From Octopus sinensis (taxonomy: Eukaryota), in contig NC_043002.1 of NCBI RefSeq assembly GCF_006345805.1, positions 10,416,001 to 10,480,000 of the forward strand: DNA of 64,000 bases. Direction: 5' to 3'. Positions 54,510 to 64,000 of the stretch are shown here, piece after piece. Position 1 is the first letter of the stretch. Each line of letters starts with the position of its first letter. The notes under the pieces were generated by a model. That model was not told where the DNA came from and did not search any database. It saw nothing but the letters and a program-made list of their open reading frames with translations. Position numbers and translations under genes: made by a program.

Positions 54510-56158
54510 TATATATAACTTAGAAAACTTAGAAAGGTTTTGGCCAGTATTGGCCCAGGCCATGTCTAACTTAATAGCCCCACTGGCGAAGTCTTTCAGT
54601 TCAGGATTTGGGCACCAAGAACCCATTCGAGTAGAGAGTCATTGTTTGCGGAGACATATCGGGTGTGGGTGGTTTGTCCGGTACTGTTTGAGGAATTTGT
54701 CCAAAAACTTCTTGAATTTTGTGTGGTCAGTTTCTTTTTTGACGTGTCTTGGTGTAATGTTGAAGAGAGCGGGTTCAATTGAGGTGAAATAGTTGTGCCA
54801 ATTGTCGTTATGTGATGCGATTTAGATTTTTGTTGTGGACGGATGGCACGTGGTCCAAGCCTTGGATGCATTTTGAAGGTGATGCCAACATCATTCGGAC
54901 AGTGCTGATGGAATATTTTCCACATCATACAGATAATGTAGCGTTCACGGCGTCGTTGAGTGAATACAATTTCAGCTTCTCTAGTCTACCCCAGTAGTCA
55001 AGGTCTGACATGCCATCTATCTTTTTGTGATTGACCTTTGAGGAGCTTCAATTCTCATAATATTTTGTTTGTGTAGGGAGACCACAGTGGACAGCAGTAT
55101 TCAAGGGGGGTCGGGCAAAAGTGGAAGAGAAGGATAATAGCGTGGGAATCTCTCGACTGGAAGGTTCTGAGAATCCAGGACACATTCTGCGGGCCATGTC
55201 AACTTTGCTGCTTATATGTGTAGCCCAGCTTATGTTGTTGTCCACGGTTACTCCAGGTCTCTGATGTTGTTGGATGCCATGAGAATTTCTCCAGAAGGAA
55301 GGGAGTATGGGAGTTTCAGAGCGTCCTCCCTTCCAAAGTGGATCAGTTCGAATTTGTCTTCATTTAGCAACATGTTATTCTTTTCCGCCCATTGGACAAC
55401 AGCCAGTAGGTCTGACTGAAGGTTTATTCGGTCATCCACGCCATTGATGACCTTCTGGAGCTTGGAATCATCAGCGAAGGTTCTGATGTTACTGTGGTTG
55501 ATGGTGTCAGTAATATCATTTATGTAGATGATGAAGAGAAGTGGCCCCAACAGAGTGCCTTGTGGGACACCACTGCTGACTTTGGCTGGGTTGGATTTGA
55601 CTCCTTCGACTACCAACATGTTGGGTTCTGTTAGACAGGAAGCACTTGATCCACTGCAGCAGCTTTCGTGACACCAATATTGGACAAATTTCTCAGAAGG
55701 ATCTTATGATCAACCCTGTCAAAGGCCTTGCTGAAATCAAGGTAGATGACATCAGTGTTGGAACCTTCTCCAAGGCTCTCAAAATGTCATCAAAATGATA
55801 CAGTAGCTGCGTCAGGCAATCTCTCCCATTACGGAATCCATGCTGGTTGGGATTCAGCATATTATGACTCTCAAGGAAGTGAGTCATACGCGATCTCAGC
55901 ACCCTCTCAAATACTTGATGATATGAGAGGTGAGTGAGATTGGACGGTAATTCACGGCAAGCGATTTCTTTCTTTTTTGAAAACTGGGACAACAGACTGG
56001 GATAGAAGGTCTTCTGGTATATATCCAGCATCCAGTGAGTTCCGCCACAGATTGGCTAGAGGGGGTGCAAGTTGGTTTTGACACATCTTCAAGACACAAG
56101 CAGGGAACCTTCGGGACCTACTGCTGAATTATGCTTCATTCCTTTATTGCTGCTAAGA
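54510..56158 (-). pseudogene. CR1/L2-group LINE, RT to 3' end, frameshifted, cut by the assembly gap
   Basis: NYRPISLTSH, PNQHGFRNGRDCLTQLL, KAFDRVDH, GVPQGTLLGPLLFIIYIND, FADDSKL, LNEDKFELIHF; short (ttctaag) 3' repeat. Confidence 0.9.
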
Positions 56159-56258
56159 NNNNNNNNNNNNNNNNNNNNNNNNNNNNNNNNNNNNNNNNNN
56201 NNNNNNNNNNNNNNNNNNNNNNNNNNNNNNNNNNNNNNNNNNNNNNNNNNNNNNNNNN
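56159..56258. other. Assembly gap (100 N)
   Basis: Direct reading. Confidence 1.
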
Positions 56259-56269
56259 AAACGAACAAT

Positions 56270-56474
56270 TGTATTTTAAACTATGAACCATGAACTCGCC
56301 ATGAAGGTTTTGAAACCACCTGAAGAATGTCTCAAAGATGTGCTGACACGAAACGATCGTAGTGGTTCTTTATAATTGTTAAATTTTAATTTATATAAAT
56401 TATTTTATGTATTGGCTTAAGTCTGTCTTTGTTTGATTTGCATAATAGTGGTTTTGTCTCTAATTTAATATTAT

Positions 56475-56480
<6 letters not shown>
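56270..56480 (+). mobile_element. Putative PLE terminal repeat (same family as 42969-43129 and 63640-63835)
   Basis: Shared ttttatgtattggctta...taatagtggttttgtctctaatttaat; contains a hammerhead. Confidence 0.7.
56315..56366 (+). ncRNA. Minimal type I hammerhead ribozyme motif, canonical core
   Basis: accac-CTGAAGA-atgtc...gacac-GAA-ACGATCGT-A-gtggt: 5-bp helix I, tgtc/gaca helix II with an A-C closing mismatch, palindromic helix III, predicted cleavage after GUA at 56361. Confidence 0.8.
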
Positions 56481-56510
<30 letters not shown>

Positions 56511-57546
56511 ATAAGATGAGAATTCGGACAGAATCAGGCACTTGAAATGGTATGCACTAGGTAGGCTTGGGTAATCTCTGTGGTTCATATAGGATATTTC
56601 GGTTGTGTATACAGAGAAAGCCAACCCTATGAGTATTTCGCGCTTAGGGGCCTGGTCGAAATCACGAGTTACTCTGAATTATACGTTGTCGGTATACCGT
56701 AGGCTGTCCTACCATTCGTAAATTCCGTTGGTGTAGTATAACCAAATGAATAATAACAACAAACAACTCACCACAACTGTTTCTTACGTAACCTTTTAAT
56801 AGAAGAGTGAGAGCATTACATTATTTTAAGGGCCGTAATCCTCAGATGAGAAGTAATGTTTTACAAAACAAAGGAACGTCTCAAGAAGACAGCCAGGATG
56901 TGGCTAGAGTCTGTTGAGGCCAACTATGAAATGGGAGAATGAGCATGTTGGCTATTTAGGTGTGTAATATGATATCTAAGGTCAGTGATCCGGGCAGGAA
57001 GGAGTCTGTCAGGCTAGATCATAAGTAGGCTGGGGTGGGATGTGGGCGATAATTTATAGTAGGCTTGGTGTAGTGGTGAGTAAGGAGAGATTATAAGACA
57101 ATTAAGGATACGAGAAGAAAAGAACATAAATAGAGAGAAGGGAAAATAAAAAAACTAAAAGTAAAAGAAAAATGAAAAATACAAGCCAATCAGGTACAAA
57201 ATCAGGGTCTAGGGATCACTAGCTAATGGTAAAAGACCAAAGGAGGGGGACAGAAATATAGGGGTATTCAATGGATAAAGGTTAGGTCTAGGAGGGTTGG
57301 GTTGGCTATTTTTAAGGAAATGAAGGTTCTAGTAAAGAATAGTTTCACTTATCGATAAAGAGTTTAATGAAGGAAGGGGTTTCGATACTCCTCAATCTAG
57401 GTACTATTATAGCTAGCCTGAATAAGAAGTACTTATCCACGGCCCGTAATAATATTAATACCCATAGCATCACTGCTCCCAATAAAAAAATTGTTGTTAG
57501 AAAAACAATAATAATAATGATATTAGTATTCCCCATCCTTACCGAC

Positions 57547-57921
57547 AATCTTGAATTTAAGAATTGGTTTCAGCAAGATAGAAAAGCTTTAACGTTACTC
57601 TGAGAAATGCACATAAATCTAAGCTGATGAAATAAAACTCCTCTCTAACGTAAGAAATACTTTTATGTTCCTAAATGAAGTCTTCTCAGTTTACAGCAAA
57701 AGAGTTAACGATGAGCGAACAAACAGAGAAATGTGAATTGTTCAGTGTTTGCTGTTCTCTTTGTAAACGTTGATTATTTTCTAGGAAGTATTTCCAAAGA
57801 GAAAAATAGCTGAAAAATTATCAATGTAAAGAACAAAACTTTTCATGGAAAAAATAGTGGTAAAAAATATCTGGAAGACCCAAAAGTTTTCTCTCATATC
57901 TGTTTCCCAAGTTGCAGTTAT
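57547..57921. repeat. Left arm of a 375-bp inverted duplication (partner 59656-60030)
   Basis: Roughly 7-8 differences counted by eye. Confidence 0.92.
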
Positions 57922-58199
57922 GTTGCACTATGTACTGCAACACCAAGAGCAAGCTAGTAATGACAGTTGATGTATTTAATGACAACAACAGCAGTCACCC
58001 AAAATTCCGTGTATTGAGACTGAACTTGAATACATACGACTACGTAGCTAGCATCTTAATCGCATAGAGTAAGGTTTGCGCCTACATAAGATAAATCGCC
58101 ATCAATTATTGGATCAGTTAGACGGCTCTATAGCGGAAGGGATGAAGACGAACAATTAGTGGATTGACAGTCATGGGAGATATGCAGGAATCGTAAGAT

Positions 58200-58520
58200 A
58201 CGTTTTGGTCTGATAACTTTAATTAAGCAACAATTCCAAGTACGCTGAAAGGAAACTTTTTTTTTTCTTATTGGAATACAAATTTCCATTAGGAATTTCA
58301 ATCAATTTGAAATCTTCTAACACTGATTTCACCAAGAAAATGTTTAGCAATTGTTTGTAGTGTTGCCTTTCCTTTAAGGTAAACATCACTAATGTTTTTG
58401 TAATTACTTTCATTGCTAGGATAAATTCGTGATAGTTTAATGTTCTTTGGAAATTCAACTTTGGTGAAGGAACTTGGGAGTATTTAATGATATCATTAAA
58501 TACAACCAGTGTCATCTAAA
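58200..58520 (-). pseudogene. Possible ancient LINE RT remnant
   Basis: EFPKNIKLSRIYP..SNYKNIS resembles FP..LKIA...P...NYRPIS. Confidence 0.35.
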
Positions 58521-58735
58521 GTGCTCAGATGGGAACTAATATTCATTAAATTCGTTTTCTCTAGTAGAAACTGATGGAAAATAGCGTGTACTTTATTTCG
58601 TGATTATCGTATAAATCATCCTGAGAAACTTCATCAGTTTTTGATCCACATGGGAAATAAATAAGAGAAGCGTTAAACTGGTTTACAAACATTAAGATTC
58701 ACTGGACCGGGCGCTTCTTACTGTCGAGACAGAGG

Positions 58736-59010
58736 AGCACTCCGTCGGTTATGGCGACGTCGGCCCCAGCTGATACGATCAAGGGAACAGCTTGCTCGTG
58801 AAATTAACGTGTAAGTGGCTGAGCGATCCACAAGCACGTGTACCCCTAACGTAGTTCTCGGGGAGATTCAGTGTGACACTGAGTGTGAAAAGGCCGGCCT
58901 TTTGAAATACAGGTACAACTCATTTTTGCCAGCTGAGTGGACTGGCGCAACGTGAAATCCAGTGTCTTACTCAGGGACACAACACGTCACCAGGAATTGA
59001 ACTCACGTGT
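58736..59010 (-). mobile_element. SINE with group 2 tail and a different upstream body
   Basis: Tail ttaatttcacgagcaagctgttccc...aaccgacggagtgctc shared; upstream part unlike the group 2 head. Confidence 0.75.
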
Positions 59011-59339
59011 GGAGACACATTTCGAAACACTGGTGTCACCCCAGAATCATTTGAATACATACTCGTAGTAAAGAAGGAGCTGTTCTATTGTGATGAATAC
59101 TATAGCGATTAGTAGTAGTCGGGTTCAAATCTGCCGGAATGTATTGAGCAGGAATATACAAGTCATCATTTCAGGTCTTCTTCTTGTTCACAGTATAAAT
59201 AACGGTTTATTATGTTATTATCGGTCACAGACATCAGCATGGATCAGCGACTAAGTTTCTTTACTGAAATTACGAACAAGACCATTGGTTCTTGTTAGAT
59301 TCATTGGTCCGGTGACATGTGGTTGAAGTGACACAACAT

Positions 59340-59655
59340 GTCAAAACATCGGTAACCCAGAATCACTTGTACAGATTATTCGAATGTTAGGAAAATCTTT
59401 ACGTGAATAAAAGAATAACTTTATAATAAGAATAACTTTATAACAAAATAATTTCTCGAAGCCAATTATGGCGACCATCATGGAAGAAACCTCATCGTTC
59501 GTAAATCCAATAATATTTCCAAGAGGAACATATCTTGTTTGCAAGTTAGAATAAATAGTTTTGAAAGATCAAAATTCATTCCATTTTCTAAGACTTCAGT
59601 ATCTAACACAGCCTTTATAGCATTATGGATATTAGAATCACAGTTTCTCACAACT
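59340..59655 (-). pseudogene. Possible ancient LINE RT N-terminal remnant continuing from the right arm
   Basis: LSKLFILTCKQDMFP resembles L..LFN.S...G.FP. Confidence 0.35.
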
Positions 59656-60030
59656 ATAACTGCAACTTGGGAAACAGATATGAGAGAAAACTTCTGGGTC
59701 TTCCAAATATGTTTTACCACTATTTTTTCCATGAAAAGTTTTGTTCTTTACATTGATAATTTTTCAGCTATTTTTCTCTTTGGAAATACTTCCTAGAAAA
59801 TAATCAACGTTTACAAAGAGAACAGCAAACACTGAACAATTCACATTTCTCTGTTTGTTCGCTCATCGTTAACTCTTTTGCTGTAAACTGAGAAGACTTC
59901 ATTTAGGAACATAAAAGTATTTCTTACGTTAGAGAGGAGTTTTATTTCATCAGCTTAGATTTATGTGCATTTCTCAGAGTAACGTTAAAGCTTTTCTATC
60001 TTACTGAAACCAGTTCTTAAATTCGAGATT
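59656..60030. repeat. Right arm of the 375-bp inverted duplication
   Basis: Reverse complement of 57547-57921. Confidence 0.92.
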
Positions 60031-60290
60031 TCACAGCCATCGTTCCTTCAATAACTGCTCATGCTATTTCCATTTTATTGTATTTCGTTGCATTTCGTTA
60101 ATATAGTGCGGAATAAAAGCAAATGTTACAATGTTATGATATTTGTAAGGATTGTGTGTTCGTATACAAGTATTATGCGTGGCAAACACAAATATAGAAT
60201 TGCAAGGGTGATAGGCACAAAGATTCTAATGTAGTACAATATATTTATATCAACCTCGGCATTAAATTCCGACGGTATAGATCTATCAAT

Positions 60291-60534
60291 TTCTTTACTA
60301 TTTCTTTACTACCCACAAGGGGCTAAACACAGAGGGGGACAAACAAGGACAGACAAACGGATTAAGTCGATTACATCGACCCCAGTGCGTAACTGGTACT
60401 TAATTTATCGACCCCGAATGGATGAAAGGCAAAGTTGACCGCGGCGGAATTTGAACTCAGAAGGTAACGGCAGACGAAATACGGCTACGTATTTCGCCCG
60501 GCGTGCTAACGGTTCTGCTAGCTCGCCGCCTTAA
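60291..60534 (-). mobile_element. SINE group 1, full length
   Basis: 10-bp TSD atctatcaat at 60281-60290 and 60535-60544. Confidence 0.92.
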
Positions 60535-60753
60535 ATCTATCAATATGCCACTGAAATCGTACATCTGCTACATTCTGAAAAACACCAGCAGAATCTACAA
60601 TTGTAATTGTCTTGTACAGACATTGTTTGAGGACCATAGTAGTAATAATGCCTTGATGTGACCACATCACGAATAAAGAATTTCTAACAAATGCCGGACT
60701 GAATAGCCTACAAGACACTATAGTCGTGTGATGGCGGAAGATGTTTGACCATT

Positions 60754-61618
60754 TACAAGGGAGTACCGTAACGTAACCGGAAACGTGTTCTGTAGGATGC
60801 ACCTGTTGTATGTTCAGGCTTTTCCACTTGGTGTGACCCTCAGGCACCAGTCTGTCGACTGGTATAGTCAGGTAAAGTCGTGCTGTTACGTGGTGCGTTT
60901 TAATTTGCTGAGTTTCTTCCTTGTTCGTCGGTATTTGCGATGGCTGAAACGAAGGAACAGTATGCTTCCGGGAAATTCTGTTTTCTGCTACAGAAACCGG
61001 CAGCCGAAAGAATTGTCATGTTTCAAACAACTTACAAGGACGCTGCCATGAGCAAAGCAGATGTTTACAACTGGTTTTTCCGTTTTAAGAATCATCACTT
61101 GTTACTAGATGACTTACACCTCCCAAACGAATTAAAACATCATTAAAATTCATAAACTGATCTTGGACGACCGCCACTGAACAATTCGCGAATTTGTTGA
61201 TATGAATGGTTTGTCCTGGAGCTCCTGTCAACGAATTTTGAGTGAGGAATTGCGAAAGAAAACTGCTGCATCAAAATTTGTGAAACGGTAGCTCACGGAA
61301 GGTCAAAAGTAGCGACGACTGAATACGTGTCGTGAACTGAACGAACCGTTGGAAGTTGATCCGGACCTTTTCTCGAAGATCATCTCTGGTGACGAAAGCT
61401 TGTGCCACGGAATTTGCAGATGTGAAGAGGTGAAGACAAAAACGACGGAGGCATTGAAAGGCATCACCTCGCAAGAGTAGAATCGTGCAAGACGCGCCTG
61501 GACCGACGGACTGCTTCAAATGGAGAATATTTTGAACGCTATAACATTGTAAACATATAAAACTAAGTGAATAAAAAATGTTGCAAAATTCTAGTTCCTT
61601 TTGGGTTCCCCTCTCGTA
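60754..61618 (+). mobile_element. Internally deleted mariner remnant
   Basis: EQYASGKFCFLLQKPAAE...AAMSKADVYNWFFRFK (mariner HTH), ISGDESLC (ITGDETW-like), right end cccctctcgta; left TIR decayed. Confidence 0.75.
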
Positions 61619-61987
61619 CGACAAAAAAACTATGAAAGCCTATCTTGAGTGGAAATATGAGTCATCAAAGGTTTCCATTTTCCTGTAGAAGATTGCATTT
61701 CGTTATTATAGAGTAAACAGACTCAGTGCATCATTCTGGTTAATCGAAAAAAAACCTTTGAAAGATAGGAGATAGAAAAAGATATCTAAAACATAGCGAT
61801 GTGAAAACTTTTGTTACGTAGTAATAGTCTTCGTAGTGTGTCAGACTCAACCCGTGTTAAAATTCACTTCTTACCGTCACCCTCCAATCTTTCTATACTT
61901 TCCTATTCTCACGTGTTTCGTTTACCTCTCATTCATATGCTACCGCTTACTTCATTTAATCACTGTTCTTTTATATATCGTACACTC

Positions 61988-63230
61988 TATTAGGTTGTTT
62001 CACATGAAATGTATTTGAAAGGTAACAATAAAATGTTTCAGAAGTGTTAGAGAACTGATTTATTTAATCAAAGTATGATCCATGTTCATTTACGATGTTT
62101 ACCCAACGTTTCTCTATGTCATATATTCCGTCTTTAAAAAATATTTTCATCTTTTGCTGTGATAAACTGTCCGAATGCTTCAGTTACCTCTTCTTTATTT
62201 AAGAATGCTTTATTGCTTATGAAAAGCTCAAAACGCTTGAATAAGTGATGATCAGTAGGAGAGATATCAGGGGAATAGGGAGAATATTACAAAATCTTAT
62301 AATTCAGGCTTTGCATGTTTTGGACCGTAGCTTGAGAAGTGTGAGGATGTGCATTGTCGTGAAGAAAAATCGGGCCATCTTTCTTCACTAGTCCGGGTTG
62401 TTTCTTTTCCAAATTCTCATGCATACGATGTGGCAATACGATGTGGCTGTTACCGTTTTCCCTTATTGCAAAAATGAATAATGAATAAATTCTTTCGCAG
62501 ACCACCATACAATGGCCAATAACTTTCTAGGGTGCAATGGTGGGTTTGAGATGTGTTTTGTTGACTCTCCTGCATCTAATCACCGTCCTGTCCTCCTGCT
62601 GTTGTCAAAGAGTATTCATTTCTCATCACAAGTTATGATTTGATTCAAAATTTGTCTTTTTCCAGTCGAGAAAGCAATAAGGAGCACACTTCAGGGCGTC
62701 TGCTTTTTTAATCTCGTTCAGTTGACGTGGAACAATCCTACCTGCTTGCTTCACTTTTTCAATTTTTAAAGGTATCCAAAATAAGTTATGCGAGATGTTT
62801 GGAGTTCTGATGAAATTTTTCGAACTTTTGTTCTCGGATTTTATTCAACCAAAACATTTAATCCATCAAGCCGCATAACTAATTTTGGCATACCCCTTGG
62901 TGTATTTTCAAGTCTATCATTTCCTGAACGAGAGCTTTGGAACCACGTCTGAACAGTTCTGATATCAACAAAACCATTACCAAAGGCCCGCTTGATATTT
63001 CGTAGAGGATCTGCGGCAGAGTGACCAGTTTGTACTCATACGAGAAAATCACTCAACATAGTTTGGTTGTTATCATTTTCATAAGGTCTGCGGATACGAA
63101 TTTTGTATTCCAATATTGTTGGGAAAGAAAAAGAGTCAAGATTAAATGCAAGGCATACATAATCGAGATTTTTAATGACTGAAATAACAAGTAATTAAAA
63201 ATGCGACATTTCCTGTGAAACAGCCTAATA
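61988..63230 (-). mobile_element. Near full-length decayed mariner (Hsmar1/cecropia-like), 1243 bp
   Basis: TIRs tattaggttgtttcacatgaaatgt / acatttcctgtgaaacagcctaata; IFSYEYKL, GPIFLHDNAHPH, YSPDISPTDHHLFK. Confidence 0.88.
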
Positions 63231-63446
63231 TATAACTTACGTTCCCTCATAACAGCTGCCTCTCCCGTTGACTCCCACTCTGGTAAGATACTGCATTCAG
63301 TAGTTTCAATACGAAAATTAGTATACTAATGCAAACGAAGTATTAACACACACACACACACACACACATCTATAGTTATCTATCTATCTCTCTTTCTTTC
63401 TTTCTCTCTCTCTCCCCCTCTCTCTTTCTCTCTTTCTCTCTCTCTC

Positions 63447-63497
<51 letters not shown>

Positions 63498-63638
63498 AAA
63501 ATACAGTGTACATTTAAACACATAAGAGATGACCATAATAGGACATCTGACTCACTATAAAGAGCAGTTAAAACTCCAAGCCACTAACAGTTGCAATTCT
63601 GAAAGGGAATGAAAAATAAAAAAACATTTACCCTATTT

Positions 63639-63639
<1 letters not shown>

Positions 63640-63677
<38 letters not shown>

Positions 63678-63835
63678 TAATTAGAGATAAAACCACTATT
63701 AGGCAAATCATACAATGAAAAACTTAAGCCAATACATAAGATTAATTAATTTATATTATTTTAAATATATATCAAAATTATTAAAAAAAGATAATGAGTA
63801 TAACACTACGATCGTTTCATGGCTGTCCAATTCGT
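63640..63835 (-). mobile_element. Putative PLE terminal repeat with truncated hammerhead
   Basis: Minus strand GAAACGATCGTAgtg retained, CUGANGA half absent; homologous to 56350-56480. Confidence 0.7.
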
Positions 63836-63902
63836 AATAATTCGAGTTACAGTCAATATATATACAGAGAGAGAGAAGAGAGAGGGAAAGAGAGTGAGAG
63901 AG

Positions 63903-63954
<52 letters not shown>

Positions 63955-64000
63955 GCAATATATGCGGATAAACAGATTAAATATATTAAAAATAACAGCT

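Noticed and set aside
57547-60030. Long-TIR transposon (Mutator/Polinton/Foldback)
   Set aside because: No TSD, no characteristic terminal motif, no transposase inside, and asymmetric inner boundaries

Overview
Repeat-saturated eukaryotic DNA with no host gene exon that I can support. The SINE families and microsatellite load point to an octopus (coleoid cephalopod) genome; this is inference from family recognition. All recognisable protein-coding signal is transposon-derived and disrupted. Contents: (1) two large clusters of R4/Dong-like RLE-type non-LTR retrotransposons stacked into (AAT)n tracts, at 0-16.5 kb (mostly +) and 33-41 kb (all -), with at least five distinct 3' UTR families; (2) Penelope-like elements (PLEs) of at least two lineages, including a near-complete decayed Neptune-like copy at 48.8-51.9 kb and Naiad-like RT and GIY-YIG fragments; (3) about 25 SINE copies from three structural groups; (4) mariner remnants, two MITEs, a non-autonomous Helitron and a CR1-group LINE cut by a 100-N gap. 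Most interesting: three near-loopless fold-back hairpins built from three different putative PLE terminal repeats, all apparently with the same head-to-head polarity, one with hammerhead ribozyme motifs on both strands; further hammerheads, one near-canonical and one with a variant core; a 553-bp non-coding element with fixed ends that sits in (AAT)n tracts beside the Dong LINEs; and a young 375-bp inverted duplication. Coordinates were counted by hand. Boundaries of decayed elements are approximate, and identity values are by-eye estimates.
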